The position numbers were made by a program, and so were the translations under genes. The notes under the pieces were generated by a model. That model was not told where the DNA came from and made no database searches. It worked only from the letters and a program-made list of their open reading frames with translations. From positions 1,870 through 65,869 of the forward strand of contig CAMBEJ010000007.1 of NCBI GenBank assembly GCA_945865375.1: 64,000 nt of DNA. Reading direction: 5' to 3'. This DNA is from Akkermansia muciniphila (lineage in GTDB: Bacteria; Verrucomicrobiota; Verrucomicrobiia; Limisphaerales; F1-80-MAGS106). Positions 50,189 through 61,963 of this stretch are shown here, one piece after another (positions within the stretch are counted from its first letter, which is position 1; every line of letters starts with the position of its first letter).

Positions 50189-53100
50189 TCACTGAACTTT
50201 GGGACTGACAACCCGGTAGTATCTCTCGCCAGCCGTGCCCTTGACGACATCGCGAACCGACAATTCAACGGGGCTTGGACTCGCGACTGCGGCTGCATCC
50301 ACATCAAAAAACTTCAACCATGGGGCTTGCGCGCTGTTCACCGTTTCACGGTACTGGACGGAATAGCTGTTCCCCATGACGCCATTCCACTTCACCAGCA
50401 CCTCTCGGGCCAACGACAAACCGACGCTCAACCGAATCTCCCCTCCCGGAACCGAGCCCACGCCCCCGCCAGGCGAAGGCGCGGCGACAACCCACGAACC
50501 CGGCAGGCTGCCGTCCCCGCCAAAATCGATCCTGTTCAATGAGGATCCCTTGCCATCGGCCTCCGTGGGCCAAGGAGGGTCGTCGTCGTAAGCAACTTCT
50601 TCGATCACCGCCCCGCCAGCCGCCGCGCGCAACCTCAAGGTCTCTCCTCCATGGTCGAGTTTGCCCGCGAAAGGCCCTTGCACCCAGCTCCCTGGATCCA
50701 TTCGATAGCGCGCGCGAAAAAGTTCAGGCGTCGTGTTCGCGACCACCAAGAACGCGCCTGGCACCAACCAGCCTTGGAGATCGAAGTCAATCCCCCCGGA
50801 AATCTTGACTCCATTGAGATCCAGTGTCGCCGAGGTGCTGATGTTCTTCAGTTCGACAAACTCGAAGGATTCCGAATCCGCGGCGTGATAATGAATCTCC
50901 GAGATCCTCAGAAAAGCCTTCAAATCACCCGCCTGCTCAGGCTCCCCTGCCACGAACTCGACGGGCTGTGACCATTGGCTCCATCGGCCTGTCACGTCTT
51001 TCATCCTCACTCGTGTCCGATAGGAACGGCCCACTTTAATCGAATCCGGAGGCAGCGTCATGACGTGAGCCTCATTCGTCAGTTCGCCGCTTTCCCACAC
51101 CGGTTCGATCTCGTATTTTCGGGGCTTCGCGGGGTCGAAAGCCGGGAGGTTTGTTCCGCTTATTTCCGCGAGCCGCCATTGCATCGCCGCGAACGCCGCG
51201 CTGCCGGCGTACGTGGAGGCGCCAAGAACGATTCTGTTGACGGGGAAATTTGCGGAACTCTGAACGCTTAAGATTGGGCGCTGCGGTATCGCCGTGTCCC
51301 GGGCTAGGGAATCGAGGAACGCGCCTCGCGTGTTCACGTACGCCTTCATTTTCGCGATCATGCCGTTGAAATCCTTCGTACCAACACCTGCCTGATAGAA
51401 ACGGCCCTGCCCCGCCTTCGACGAGTTCACGATGGCCGTGTTGCGCATCACCGGGTTGAAATCCCACTGCGAGCGATCGGGGTCGATGAACGAAGGACCA
51501 CCTGCTGGATCGCGGATCATCGCGGCGTACTCGTCGATCAGCTTGCCTGTCTCATCCGCGTTGAACAGCAAATCCCGCAGCTCTCGGACCCTGTTTCGAT
51601 ACTCCATGACAAGCGATGGTCGCGTGTTCGCCAGGACCCGGCTCTTGAACGGCTCCTGCCCGCCGCCATACATATTGTCCGACCATGTCAGATCCAAATC
51701 CCACGGATGCACCGACCACAGGCCAGTTGCCGGGTTTCTGTAGTAAAAATAGTTCTTCCCGGCTCCCTCATCGATATCGTAATGATGGATCGCCTCAACG
51801 ATGGCACGATAGCTATAATATTTCCCAAGGTTCAGATTGGTTCGCCACCAGGCGTCGGTGACGTTCCCTCCGCGGTAAGTGGCAATGAACCCATTCAAAT
51901 CGGTCTTGTCCGAAGGGCCGGCTAAGCCCAAGTTGTTCAGCTCCCCCGTGCCTCCCTCCATCTTGTAGAGATTTCCATCCGGCATCCCGTGCTCATCGAG
52001 GAATCGCCCGTCCTCCTGCTCCAAAGCCAGATACAAACCCCAAAAATCGCCCTCATACTGACTCTGTGCACTCGACTCGGCTTGATCGTCGATGATCCGG
52101 AACTGGACGAATGAGACGCGCGGCGCTTCGACCCCTGCCATCTGAAACAATCGAAACCCCACCGACTCGAACATCCCTTGCTCGCCCCGATGAAAGAAGT
52201 CACCTTGCTGGATGCAAGCGCCTAAGTTCAGTTTGCTCCATTGGGTGCCGTATTTACGGCCGTAATTGTCACGCCCTTGAAAATCGTGGCCGGGGTTGAA
52301 ATCGAATTTCCACATGTTCTTGCCCATCGCGTAGCGCCAAACTCCTCCGCGGGCTCGGTATCGGATGTGATCGTAAACAACGCCGTCGTAAACGAGCGTT
52401 CCCCACCATTTGTAAAGGTCGCCACCGTACTTTTCCTTCCAGGTCGCTGTCTCGACGGAATCCCGCTTGGAAATCAGGTGATAAACGGGGAATCGCCGCA
52501 TCAAGTTTGTCCCATACGTCACGGGAACAGTTCCCACGCCAGGGATGACCGATCCATTCCAGGCCGGCACGCCATCATACACAAAATAAGCAAAGTTGGG
52601 CTGGGGATCTTCAGCGAAAGGCGCCACCGTCTCCGCCCCATCCCCGTTGACCGCGCGGATCCGGTATCGGACCAGGCGCCTATGCTTCTGAATCTCCGAA
52701 CCCAGTGTGACGGCGTACACCCCATCCGCCGCGGTCGCGTCCCCCGCAAGACCCGCGTCGTTCATGTCGACAGCAGTCCAGGCGGCGCGATACGCCGCGT
52801 CGCTCAATTCCACGTAGGCGCCCGGATCTACCATTTGATACTCCAATCGCGCGCTCCGAACTCCCCGTGGGTCCGTGATTTTGGCGGTGATCAGCACCCT
52901 TTGGGCGCTGGCCGGCTGCTGGGGCTCATGGTTGACCTGGCGGACCGCCGGAGGCAGGCTGCTTGAATACACCGAATTCTGCCTTCCCGGAGTCGGCCCT
53001 TTTCCACCGGTTCCACCCTGTCCTTGCTGCAGTGAAAGGATCATGTCGACAAAAAAGTCGCTGCTGGCCGCAAGACTTGAATTGAAGCCCTGCACGGCGA

Positions 53101-54082
53101 TGACGTTGACCCCCTTCACAAGCGCCTGGACGGGCGCCACCAAGGGGATATCTTTGAAATTCGCATCCTCAAGCGCTGCCAAAGCCGTGCCGTCCAGTCC
53201 CACTTCCCCCTCCGGCATGTTCACGCTCGCCACAGCCTTGCCATTGATCCAAACCTTTAAACCATCATCATACTGCGCCGCCAGAAGAACGCCTGATATC
53301 TTCGCCGGATCCTCCACCACAAAAATCTTGCGAAACAATACCGATGTGTAACCCGACCGCATGTCGGCCAGTGTGGTCACGATGAAATTCTCTCCGTAGC
53401 CTAAGGGCAACTTTGCTTTTATCCACTGAGAATCATCGAATGATACCGATCTCCACGAAGTTCCGAGCGGCAAAGCTGCTGCCGTCCCTTTGAGCGTCAG
53501 CCAGCCGTCGCCTTTGGGGATCACAACGCTCGCAGGCTCGATCGCAGCCACAGCAGAAGGCCGCCAATGGCCACCTAAATCGTTGTCGAATGCGGGATGG
53601 ACCAGCTCGATGGATCTCTCCGCATCCCCCGTGAGTGTCGGCCAGGGAAATCCTCCTTTATAGTTCACCTCATCGACCAGAGCACCCCCGAGACCTCGCA
53701 AAACCAACCGTTCACCATCCTGCGACAAACGGCCTCGAAAAGCTCCCAGCGCCGCCACACCAAAACGGAGCTTCAATGCCGATGGATACTCTCCCACCAC
53801 CACGTAGCCGCGACCCGGAATCACAGCGCCCTCAGGAAACACGTATTCGACGCCCCCTTCCAACCGCCACCCCGACACCAAAATAGCCTGGGATTCGGTA
53901 TTATACAGTTCCACGAACTCCGTCCGGTCGGTTTTAAGAGCTGGCTTGTAATGAAGTTCGTTGATGAGAACGCCGGCTTGCGCAACGGACACTGCATCGA
54001 TCCCAAGCACGATCGCCGCAAAGCAAGCAGCTAAAAGCACGGCCCGTGAAGGGCCCAGTGTCTGAAATCGATTGCGGCTCAT
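50189..54082 (-). CDS. Secreted LTD-CotH-LTD protein (1297 aa)
   Basis: Start moved to MSRNRFQTLGPSRAVLLAACFAAIVLG (signal peptide). LTDs VLINELHYKP...EFVELYN and LRISEIHYHA...EFVELKN. CotH core YRARGGVWRY...KNYFYYRNPATGLWSVHPWDLDLTW. C-terminal beta-domain ending RYYRVVSPKVQ. 3-nt gap to the next gene. Confidence 0.8.
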   Translation of the reverse strand: MSRNRFQTLGPSRAVLLAACFAAIVLGIDAVSVAQAGVLINELHYKPALKTDRTEFVELYNTESQAILVSGWRLEGGVEYVFPEGAVIPGRGYVVVGEYPSALKLRFGVAALGAFRGRLSQDGERLVLRGLGGALVDEVNYKGGFPWPTLTGDAERSIELVHPAFDNDLGGHWRPSAVAAIEPASVVIPKGDGWLTLKGTAAALPLGTSWRSVSFDDSQWIKAKLPLGYGENFIVTTLADMRSGYTSVLFRKIFVVEDPAKISGVLLAAQYDDGLKVWINGKAVASVNMPEGEVGLDGTALAALEDANFKDIPLVAPVQALVKGVNVIAVQGFNSSLAASSDFFVDMILSLQQGQGGTGGKGPTPGRQNSVYSSSLPPAVRQVNHEPQQPASAQRVLITAKITDPRGVRSARLEYQMVDPGAYVELSDAAYRAAWTAVDMNDAGLAGDATAADGVYAVTLGSEIQKHRRLVRYRIRAVNGDGAETVAPFAEDPQPNFAYFVYDGVPAWNGSVIPGVGTVPVTYGTNLMRRFPVYHLISKRDSVETATWKEKYGGDLYKWWGTLVYDGVVYDHIRYRARGGVWRYAMGKNMWKFDFNPGHDFQGRDNYGRKYGTQWSKLNLGACIQQGDFFHRGEQGMFESVGFRLFQMAGVEAPRVSFVQFRIIDDQAESSAQSQYEGDFWGLYLALEQEDGRFLDEHGMPDGNLYKMEGGTGELNNLGLAGPSDKTDLNGFIATYRGGNVTDAWWRTNLNLGKYYSYRAIVEAIHHYDIDEGAGKNYFYYRNPATGLWSVHPWDLDLTWSDNMYGGGQEPFKSRVLANTRPSLVMEYRNRVRELRDLLFNADETGKLIDEYAAMIRDPAGGPSFIDPDRSQWDFNPVMRNTAIVNSSKAGQGRFYQAGVGTKDFNGMIAKMKAYVNTRGAFLDSLARDTAIPQRPILSVQSSANFPVNRIVLGASTYAGSAAFAAMQWRLAEISGTNLPAFDPAKPRKYEIEPVWESGELTNEAHVMTLPPDSIKVGRSYRTRVRMKDVTGRWSQWSQPVEFVAGEPEQAGDLKAFLRISEIHYHAADSESFEFVELKNISTSATLDLNGVKISGGIDFDLQGWLVPGAFLVVANTTPELFRARYRMDPGSWVQGPFAGKLDHGGETLRLRAAAGGAVIEEVAYDDDPPWPTEADGKGSSLNRIDFGGDGSLPGSWVVAAPSPGGGVGSVPGGEIRLSVGLSLAREVLVKWNGVMGNSYSVQYRETVNSAQAPWLKFFDVDAAAVASPSPVELSVRDVVKGTAGERYYRVVSPKVQ

Positions 54083-54141
54083 TGTAATCAGCAAGACAGA
54101 CCCTAAGCAAATATCGGGCCGAGACCATTCAAACATGCTGG

Positions 54142-54366
54142 TTAGCAGTAACCCTGTCTGAGGAGCCAATGCACCGTCAGGATGAGTCCGATCGAGAGAA
54201 GCGACATGACCCAAGCGGAGCTCGCCAGATAGGAAGCGACTAGGATGAGAACTCCGCCGACCATCGGCACGAATGACTGTTGCTTCTTTCCATAGATGAA
54301 ATAGCCAAATCCCACCGAACCCCATATTAAGGAGGCAAACAGGAAGCTCGAGTCGGAGAGTTCCAT
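54142..54366 (-). CDS. Small integral membrane protein (74 aa, 2-3 TM)
   Basis: LIWGSVGFGYFIYGKKQQSFVPMVGGVLILVASY pattern of a conserved small membrane-protein family. Conflicts with, and is preferred over, the N-terminal extension of the 50189..54373 track ORF. Confidence 0.6.
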   Translation of the reverse strand: MELSDSSFLFASLIWGSVGFGYFIYGKKQQSFVPMVGGVLILVASYLASSAWVMSLLSIGLILTVHWLLRQGYC

Positions 54367-54388
54367 GAGTCAACAGGGCGTCATTGCT

Positions 54389-55609
54389 TCAGACGCCGTA
54401 ATAGGTCTCGTAAACATGGGCCGCTCGCCGTCGTGCGTCGTCCCAATCCCAAGCGGTTTCGGTGAAACGATCGGGGCTGAGACTCCTCACGTAGGGCGAC
54501 GGGTTTGCATCCTTCAACGATTCGACCAGAAGCTTGCCGATGCCGCCCGAACCGGAGATGCCATGCGCGTTGCAACCCCCTGCCATCACGAACCCCTTCA
54601 CGCGCGCGCTCTCCCCGATGATAAAGCGTCCGTCCGGCGTGAAGGTTGGCCAACCCTTCCCGACCCAACTCTTCTCAGCAGTCCTCGCTGTTGGAAATAA
54701 CGCCGATAAACCTTCCACGAATGAAGAGAGCACCGGCCAATCTGTCGCGACAGGAGGCGCAGCAGCGTCGAGGTTGAATTCCCCAGGGTCGAGGTGCAAG
54801 GACCGAGGTTCCCACCCTCCCAGCAAAAGACCCCCATCGCGGACGCGGCCGTAAAGGGTGAGCTCTGGGATCCGGAAGCACGGCAAGTCCGCCGTGAGGC
54901 CGTCCATCGGAACGGTGACGAAATACTCATGGCGCACGGGGAAAATTGGCAAAACGAGGCCCACCTGTTTAGCAACGTGATGGGCGTGGGCACCGGCGGC
55001 GTTGACAACGAAGCGGCACCCGGCATTTCCGCGGTTGGTTTTGACCCCCGAAACACGACCGTTTTCGACGACCACTTCCTCCAGAGCCGTGCCCGTGGCA
55101 AATCGGGCGCCGAGACGTTCTGCGTTGTGCCGATAGGATGCTGCGATGGATCGCGGCGTCACATACCCATCCGTGGGACACCAGAGGATGGCGGTTGCGG
55201 TGGAAAAATCCATGAGCGGGAACCGGCGTGTCGCCTCCGCAACGTCGATCAGCTCAGTCTCCAATCCCGCCTCGTCGGCCGTCTGCTTGAGACGACGGAA
55301 TTCATCGGCTCGGCGATCGCTGAGCGCGACGCGAAGGGATCCCACTTCGTTCCAGTCGGGCTTGACCGGACTACGCTGAAGTTCCCGGAAAGTCATCACC
55401 GAATGCATCGCGAGCTTCGTGCGCTCTGCCGAGTCACGCACCTGGCCGCACAACCCGGCACCTTGCGACGTTGTGATGGCCCCTACTTCATCAGCGCGTT
55501 CCAGCACAAGGATGTCGGTCCAGCCTGCCTTGGCCAGCGCGTAGGCACACCCGACCCCGACGGCACCTCCGCCGATGATGATTATCTCCGCATCCGGGAC
55601 CGATTTCAT
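54389..55609 (-). CDS. FAD-dependent oxidoreductase (DAO family; sarcosine/D-amino-acid oxidase-like)
   Basis: IIIIGGGAVGVGCAYALAK dinucleotide-binding motif and C-terminal GGCNAHGISGSGG. Confidence 0.75.
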   Translation of the reverse strand: MKSVPDAEIIIIGGGAVGVGCAYALAKAGWTDILVLERADEVGAITTSQGAGLCGQVRDSAERTKLAMHSVMTFRELQRSPVKPDWNEVGSLRVALSDRRADEFRRLKQTADEAGLETELIDVAEATRRFPLMDFSTATAILWCPTDGYVTPRSIAASYRHNAERLGARFATGTALEEVVVENGRVSGVKTNRGNAGCRFVVNAAGAHAHHVAKQVGLVLPIFPVRHEYFVTVPMDGLTADLPCFRIPELTLYGRVRDGGLLLGGWEPRSLHLDPGEFNLDAAAPPVATDWPVLSSFVEGLSALFPTARTAEKSWVGKGWPTFTPDGRFIIGESARVKGFVMAGGCNAHGISGSGGIGKLLVESLKDANPSPYVRSLSPDRFTETAWDWDDARRRAAHVYETYYGV

Positions 55610-55679
55610 GGTGGCAGCCGATTGTTAACTCAATAATCTTGGAGGATTTATCCCCCAGATTGCAGTGCTGAAAGCGGTT

Positions 55680-56993
55680 TCAAATGAACTCGTTGATCAA
55701 GTTTTCCAAGAATTCCTGACGTCCACTGGTGTTGTTTCTGATTTCACCCAGCTTCAAGGCGTGCTTCTCGAGCTCGGAGAATCCGACTTTGCCCGCTTCA
55801 ATCTGCTTCCCAATTCCTGAGTCCCAGGAGGCATAGCGATTCTTCACGAAATCGCCGAGCCGTCCATCCTTGCGTATCGCCGCAGCGATCCTGAGACCAC
55901 GAGCGAAGGTGTCCATACCCGCGATGTGAGCGTAAAACAAGTCCACCGGCTCGAAGCTTTCACGACGCACTTTTGCGTCGAAATTAGTGCCCCCCGTTGT
56001 GAGCCCTCCCATTCTCAGAATCGTCAGCATCACTTGGGTCGTGAGGTAGAGGTCTGTTGGAAACTGATCTGTGTCCCAACCCAGGAGCACGTCTCCCATG
56101 TTGGCGTCGATGGACCCGAGGGCATTGGCTGCGGCGGCCACCTCCAGTTCGTGCTGCATGCTGTGCCCCGCGAGGGTTGCATGGTTGGTTTCAATGTTCA
56201 GCTTGAAGTCGTTCAGCAGATCATATTGCCTCAGAAAGTTGAGGCATGCCGCCGCGTCTGAATCATATTGGTGCTTGGTCGGCTCCTTGGGTTTTGGCTC
56301 AATATAGAAGGGGCCCGTGAATCCAATCTCCTTTTTGTAGTCCACCGCCATGTGCAGAAACCGGCCGAGATGGTCCACCTCACGCGCCAGATCCGTGTTG
56401 AGCAAGGTGGTGTATCCCTCGCGGCCTCCCCAGAAAGTGTATCCTGCGCCCTTCAGTTCGTGGGTGACTTCGATGGCTTTCTTAACCTGGGCGGCGGCGT
56501 AGGCGAAGACATCCGCGTTACAACTGGTCGAGGCACCGTGCATGTAGCGCGGATGGACAAACAGGCAGGCGGTTCCCCATAGCAGTTGAATGCCGGTGCG
56601 TTGTTGCTCGGCTTTCAGGACTTTGACGACCGCATCAAGGTTCTTGTTGCTCTCAGACAGGCTCTTTCCTTCTGGAGCGACATCCCGGTCATGGAACGCG
56701 TAAAATGGGACGCCGAGCTTTTCCATGAATTCAAAGGCTACTCGGACGCGTTTTTGAGCCATCTTCACCGAGTTCGTCCCATTCTCCCAGGGTCTGACCG
56801 CCGTGCCTGTCCCGAACATGTCCGCCCCTTGACCTCTGAACGTGTGCCAATAAGTGACAGCGAACCGGAGATGGTCCTTCATGGATTTCCCTTCCACAAG
56901 TTCGTCTGGATTATACTGGCGAAAGCAAAGCGGGTTCCTGGAATCCGGGCCTTCGTAAACTATTTTGGAGATTTTTGGGAACGCGGCCGCCAT
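55680..56993 (-). CDS. xylA: Xylose isomerase
   Basis: 437 aa. FRQYNPDE..., [32 protein letters not shown] and NHATLAGH. Confidence 0.95.
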   Translation of the reverse strand: MAAAFPKISKIVYEGPDSRNPLCFRQYNPDELVEGKSMKDHLRFAVTYWHTFRGQGADMFGTGTAVRPWENGTNSVKMAQKRVRVAFEFMEKLGVPFYAFHDRDVAPEGKSLSESNKNLDAVVKVLKAEQQRTGIQLLWGTACLFVHPRYMHGASTSCNADVFAYAAAQVKKAIEVTHELKGAGYTFWGGREGYTTLLNTDLAREVDHLGRFLHMAVDYKKEIGFTGPFYIEPKPKEPTKHQYDSDAAACLNFLRQYDLLNDFKLNIETNHATLAGHSMQHELEVAAAANALGSIDANMGDVLLGWDTDQFPTDLYLTTQVMLTILRMGGLTTGGTNFDAKVRRESFEPVDLFYAHIAGMDTFARGLRIAAAIRKDGRLGDFVKNRYASWDSGIGKQIEAGKVGFSELEKHALKLGEIRNNTSGRQEFLENLINEFI

Positions 56994-57262
56994 AGGGGTG
57001 ATCGTTAATTCGTTAATTTTGTCGGGTCAACATGCTCGAATAATGAGCAGCGATCAGCGACGCTAACCCAGTCTTCTGAGCGTTGCAATCCTCCAAAACG
57101 TCATTGAGAATGCCCGGCAGCCATCATCCTTGAGCCGTCATTCCTCATTGCCGGGCAAGAAACAGCCAGCTCCTTCTAACCCTGGTGAGGACATGCCGAC
57201 GTCATTCAGAGACAAATATGTCCCTGATTGCAAGTTGCGCAGGAGTTTAGTGAGATACAACC

Positions 57263-58660
57263 ATGACCACGACCAAGAGCAGCCGCAGGAAATGGCCAAT
57301 TATCTGCGGAACGGACTTCTCGATCCATGCTGCCGAAGCCGCCGATGTGGCTGCGGCCATCGCCAAGCGCGACGGCAGCGAATTGCGACTCATCCATGTC
57401 GAGGAGCATGGCGGGCTGGGCGCGAGCCATCCGGACGCTTTTTTGGCCGTGCTCGACAGAACACGCGAGCATCTCGAAAAGGAGGCTGGACGGTTGCGCA
57501 GCCTCGGTGTCGTGGTGAAAAGAGAAATCCTCTCCGGCTCCCCGTATGAAGGCTTGGTCAACGCAGCCACCGCATCAAGCGCAAGGCTGGTGGTTGTGGC
57601 GTCGATTGGGCATGTTGCCGTGGGTCGGTTGCTGGCGGGTAGCGTGGCCGAGCGCACAGCGGAAACCTCCCCAGTGCCCACGCTCGTCGTGCGACAAGGT
57701 GGTGCCTTGGCGTCATGGGCTCGCGGGGAGCTTCGGCTGAAGGTGCTTGTTGGGTACGATTTTTCCATGAACGCCGACGCCGCGCTTCGCTGGATTCTCG
57801 AGTGGCAAAACATCGGCCCGTGCGACATCACGGTGGCTCACGTAGCCTGGCCCCCGGCGGAGCTTGAACGGTTGGGCCTGCAGGGGCCCATTTCGTTGAA
57901 CGAAAACCATCCCGAGGTGGCGCGCGTGCTGCAACGCGACCTCAAAGAGAGAGTCGTCGGGATCCTCGGTGACCAGCCGGTTTCGCTCCGCATCGTGCCC
58001 GGCTGGGGTCGTTCTGATGCCCATCTCCTTCAATTGGCCCAGGAGGAAAAGTCCGACTTGCTGGTGGTAGGCACTCATCAGCGCCATGGCTTCAACCGGT
58101 TTTGGCTTGGCTCGGTATCGCGCAGCGTTCTGCATCACGCGTCCATGAGCGTGGCTGTCGTTCCGCTGACCGGAGCCAGCGAGCAGGCCGTTGATCGGAT
58201 TCCTGAAATCAAACGCGTGCTAGTCGCCGTGGACTTTTCAGAGTTGAGCAAACGGGCCGTCCCTTATGCTTATGCGGCTCTGCGACGCGGTGGACGCGTC
58301 AGGCTCATTCACATCATCCCTCCTCGGAAATTGCCTGGACCCTGGGTGCCTGAGCACGGACCGAAGCGGTTGACCGAGAAGCAGCACAAGCAGATCGCCG
58401 CTGATTTGCTCGCACAACTTCGCGCGTCCATCCCGGCTGAACCTGAATCTCGAGTCATCGCGACCGAGGTTGAGTTGCTAGAGCATAGCGACGTTGCAGA
58501 GGCGATTTGTCAGGATGCGGAACGGTTCAGCGCGGATGTCATTTGCCTGGGCTCTCACGGACGCGGTGGACTTTCCAAAGCCGTCCTCGGCTCCGTGGCG
58601 GAAAGGGTGATGCAGCGCAGCTCGCGTCCGCTCCTGGTCGTGCGCTCACCCAAACGATAA
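57263..58660 (+). CDS. Universal stress protein with three tandem Usp domains
   Basis: Three repeats, each ending in a G-x2-G-x9-GS-like ATP motif context (ASIGH...GSVAERTA; VGTHQRHG...GSVSRSVL; LGSHGRGG...GSVAERVM). Confidence 0.85.
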   Translation: MTTTKSSRRKWPIICGTDFSIHAAEAADVAAAIAKRDGSELRLIHVEEHGGLGASHPDAFLAVLDRTREHLEKEAGRLRSLGVVVKREILSGSPYEGLVNAATASSARLVVVASIGHVAVGRLLAGSVAERTAETSPVPTLVVRQGGALASWARGELRLKVLVGYDFSMNADAALRWILEWQNIGPCDITVAHVAWPPAELERLGLQGPISLNENHPEVARVLQRDLKERVVGILGDQPVSLRIVPGWGRSDAHLLQLAQEEKSDLLVVGTHQRHGFNRFWLGSVSRSVLHHASMSVAVVPLTGASEQAVDRIPEIKRVLVAVDFSELSKRAVPYAYAALRRGGRVRLIHIIPPRKLPGPWVPEHGPKRLTEKQHKQIAADLLAQLRASIPAEPESRVIATEVELLEHSDVAEAICQDAERFSADVICLGSHGRGGLSKAVLGSVAERVMQRSSRPLLVVRSPKR

Positions 58661-58667
58661 GCTCCAT

Positions 58668-61463
58668 ATGACCCCTATCCGTCCTCCATCGCCCGAACGT
58701 CCGCACGACATCCTCCGCCACGCGCGGAGCAGCCCCCTCGAGGCATTGTTTTCGCCGAAACGGCTCGCCGTCATCGGCGCCACTGAAAAAGAAGGCAGCG
58801 TCGGCTGGGCTGTCTTCAAAAATCTGGGCGCGTTCGAGGGCACGGTTTATCCCGTGAATCCAAAGCGCGATACGGTGCTCGGGATTCGGGCGTTCCCGAA
58901 CATCGCGGCGTTGCCAGAGAGGATTGACCTGGCTGTCATCGCCACGCCGGCGCCGACCGTTCCTGGCATCCTCCGCGAATGCGCCAAAGCTGAGGTCCCA
59001 GCAGCTATCATTATCTCTGCGGGCTTTAAGGAATGCGGAAAGGCTGGTGCGGCGCTGGAGCAGGAGTGCCTGTTCGAAGCCCGACGTGCCAGGATGCGAT
59101 TGCTTGGTCCGAATTGCCTCGGCCTCATGGTGCCCCGCGCACGCCTGAACGCGACCTTCGCCGATGGCATCGCTCAGCCAGGAAGCGTCGCCTTCATCAG
59201 CCAAAGCGGTGCGCTGTGCTCCGCCGTGCTCGACTGGAGCTTCCGCGAGAAGGTGGGGTTCAGCGCGTTTGTTTCGGTCGGCTCCATGCTCGATGTCGAT
59301 TGGGGCGATCTCATCACGTACTTCGGCGACGATCCCGATACCCAAAGCATCGTCTGCTACATGGAGTCGGTTGGCGATGCCCGGAGCTTCCTGTCAGCGG
59401 CGCGCGAGGTGGCTCTCACGAAGCCCATCATCGTTCTCAAGGTGGGACGTACGATCGCCGCAGCCAAGGCAGCCGCCTCGCATACGGGTGCCCTCACAGG
59501 CAGCGACGCGGTCCTCGATGCCGCTTTTCACAGGGTCGGAGTGTTGCGCGTGAACACAATCGCTGAGTTGTTCAACATGTCTGAGCTGCTCGCCAAGCAG
59601 CCGCGTCCGCGGGGCCCTCGTCTTGCCATCGTGACCAACGCGGGCGGGCCGGGTGCCCTCGCCACGGATGCCCTCGTTCCCAGCGGAGGTCAATTGACCG
59701 AGTTGCGGCCTGAAACGCTAGAGGCTCTTGATGAACTCCTCCCTCCTCATTGGAGTCACGGCAACCCCATCGATGTGCTCGGCGACGCCGATGCGACGCG
59801 TTACGCGAAAGCCGTCGAACTCGCCCTCCACGACCCGCAATCCGACGGCGTGCTCGTCATCCTCACCCCGCAAGCCATGACAGACAGCGCCGGCACAGCG
59901 GAAGCAATCCGGTCTCTCCCGAACCTCACCGGCAAACCGCTGCTCTCAAGCTGGATGGGCGGTGCTGGCGTGGATGCCGGCAGAGGGCTGTTCAACGCCG
60001 CCGGCATCCCTACGTTCGACTACCCCGACACTGCCGCCCGAGCCTTCGCCTTGATGTGGCGCTACAGCGAGAACCTTCGCGCACTCTACGAGATTCCCGC
60101 GCTCGCTGCTGAACACTTGCCGACCGGCCTGAGGGGGCTCGCTTTTCATTCCAACACGGAGCCAGGGCATCCTCAACTCGACTCTTCCAAAGAACAGGCC
60201 GACGCGCTCATCACCGCGGTTCGCAAAGCGGGTCGCACGCTTCTAACCGAGGTCGAGTCCAAGCAACTCTTGTCCGCATATGCCATTCCAACCGTGGAGA
60301 CACTCGTCGCTCTCACAGAGGATCAAGCGGTGGATCATGCTCAGAAACTGGGTTTCCCGGTTGTCCTGAAACTCTTTTCACAGACGATCACGCACAAGAC
60401 CGACGTGGGCGGGGTACAACTCGATCTGCGTGATATCACGGCCGTCCGCCTGGCGTGGAAGCACATTCACGAGTCTGTACGCGAGAGGGTTGGGATCCAG
60501 CACTTCCTCGGCGTCACCGTCCAGCCGATGGTCCCGCGGGATGGCTACGAGCTCATCCTGGGCAGCAGTATCGATCTCCAGTTTGGCCCCATGTTGTTGT
60601 TTGGGGCCGGCGGCCAGCTCGTGGAGGTTTTTCAAGACCGCGCCCTTGGCCTCCCTCCCCTCAACGCCACGCTAGCGCGGGCGCTGATGGAACAGACCCG
60701 GATCTTCGCAGCACTCAAAGGCGTGCGCGGTCGTAAGGCCGTCGATCTCGCCTCCCTCGAGCAGCTCCTAGTCCGCTTCAGCCACCTTGTGGCCGAACAA
60801 CGGTGGATTGCCGAGATCGATGTGAACCCGTTGCTCATCTCGTCCAGCCGCATCGTCGCGCTAGACGCCCGCATCTTGCTGCACCCGTTGGGGACCGCGG
60901 AACATCAGCTTCCACAACTCGCGATTCGTCCTTACCCGACGCGCTACGTCACGCCATGGAGGCTGCGCGACGGCGTGTCCGTGACAGTTCGCCCCATCCG
61001 GCCTGAGGACGAGCCGTTGATGGTGAGGTTCCACGAGACGCTCTCGGAGCGCAGCGTGTATCTCCGCTACTTCACCCCATTGAAGCTGGATCACCGAATC
61101 GCTCACGAGCGACTCAGTCGAATCTGCTTCATCGACTACGATCGCGAGATGGTGCTGGTGGTCGAACATCGCAACAAAACCACCCTCGAGGCAGACATCC
61201 TCGGCGTCGGCCGACTCAGCAAGTGTCGCGACGCGAACGAGGCCGAGTTCGCCTTGACCGTCAGCGACCCATGGCAGGGGCGTGGCCTCGGCACGCAACT
61301 CTTGAATCTGCTGATCCAGATCGGCCGCGAAGAAAAATTGGAGCGCATCACCGCTACGATACTGGCTGACAACCATGAAATGCAACGCGTCGCCCGCAAG
61401 CTGGGCTTCACGGTTGAACTCATTCCAGGGACAAACAAATACCGGGCGGGGCTGGTTTTTTAA
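58668..61463 (+). CDS. Pat-type bifunctional protein: ADP-forming acyl-CoA synthetase-like domain plus C-terminal GNAT acetyltransferase
   Basis: 931 aa. CoA-binding N-terminus ([15 protein letters not shown]), succinyl-CoA-synthetase-like and ATP-grasp regions, and a GNAT motif ([16 protein letters not shown]). 7-nt gap after the usp gene. Confidence 0.85.
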   Translation: MTPIRPPSPERPHDILRHARSSPLEALFSPKRLAVIGATEKEGSVGWAVFKNLGAFEGTVYPVNPKRDTVLGIRAFPNIAALPERIDLAVIATPAPTVPGILRECAKAEVPAAIIISAGFKECGKAGAALEQECLFEARRARMRLLGPNCLGLMVPRARLNATFADGIAQPGSVAFISQSGALCSAVLDWSFREKVGFSAFVSVGSMLDVDWGDLITYFGDDPDTQSIVCYMESVGDARSFLSAAREVALTKPIIVLKVGRTIAAAKAAASHTGALTGSDAVLDAAFHRVGVLRVNTIAELFNMSELLAKQPRPRGPRLAIVTNAGGPGALATDALVPSGGQLTELRPETLEALDELLPPHWSHGNPIDVLGDADATRYAKAVELALHDPQSDGVLVILTPQAMTDSAGTAEAIRSLPNLTGKPLLSSWMGGAGVDAGRGLFNAAGIPTFDYPDTAARAFALMWRYSENLRALYEIPALAAEHLPTGLRGLAFHSNTEPGHPQLDSSKEQADALITAVRKAGRTLLTEVESKQLLSAYAIPTVETLVALTEDQAVDHAQKLGFPVVLKLFSQTITHKTDVGGVQLDLRDITAVRLAWKHIHESVRERVGIQHFLGVTVQPMVPRDGYELILGSSIDLQFGPMLLFGAGGQLVEVFQDRALGLPPLNATLARALMEQTRIFAALKGVRGRKAVDLASLEQLLVRFSHLVAEQRWIAEIDVNPLLISSSRIVALDARILLHPLGTAEHQLPQLAIRPYPTRYVTPWRLRDGVSVTVRPIRPEDEPLMVRFHETLSERSVYLRYFTPLKLDHRIAHERLSRICFIDYDREMVLVVEHRNKTTLEADILGVGRLSKCRDANEAEFALTVSDPWQGRGLGTQLLNLLIQIGREEKLERITATILADNHEMQRVARKLGFTVELIPGTNKYRAGLVF

Positions 61464-61575
61464 AACGACAAGGAGTCTCCGACCTGTCGGTTCAGCAAGT
61501 GCTCCAATCTGTGAGGGGAAGACCCCCACCCCACAGATTGTGGTCCTGGTTCTTACAGGCGCTCCGTGCCTCCCC

Positions 61576-61905
61576 TCACACGTCGATTGCCGCGCGCCGC
61601 TCCTTTTTCCGCAGCACGATGACGGCCGCGACACACGCCGTCCAGGTCGGGAGCATGTCCACGATCGGAATCAGCTCCACCACGAAACTGGGCAGCAACA
61701 GCCAATGAAAGCCGAGTGTGCAACTCACCAGGACCGCCGCGATGACGTCGATCGCTTGCACCAGAAACACCCACCCGAACGGCCCCAAGAGCAATTGCGC
61801 CCCGTCCGCGACCACAGCGATCGCCATCGCGCACATCATGCGACGTCGCGTCAATCGCGGCACGCGAAGCAGCAGCTTCAGCTTGTTTTGCAGGTTAGCG
61901 GGCAT
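61576..61905 (-). CDS. Small hydrophobic membrane protein (hypothetical)
   Basis: About 3 TM helices. Start set at MPANLQNKL. No family recognised. Confidence 0.4.
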   Translation of the reverse strand: MPANLQNKLKLLLRVPRLTRRRMMCAMAIAVVADGAQLLLGPFGWVFLVQAIDVIAAVLVSCTLGFHWLLLPSFVVELIPIVDMLPTWTACVAAVIVLRKKERRAAIDV

Positions 61906-61963
61906 CGACACAACCCAACATAACTCACAACCGCGGATTGTTCCACGGTGAGGATAGAACGAT

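Noticed and set aside
54083-54373. TTG-initiated 97-codon N-terminal extension of the LTD-CotH ORF
   Set aside because: The extension overlaps a better-supported 74-aa membrane-protein gene in another frame (54142..54366). It precedes a clear Met plus signal peptide at 54082.
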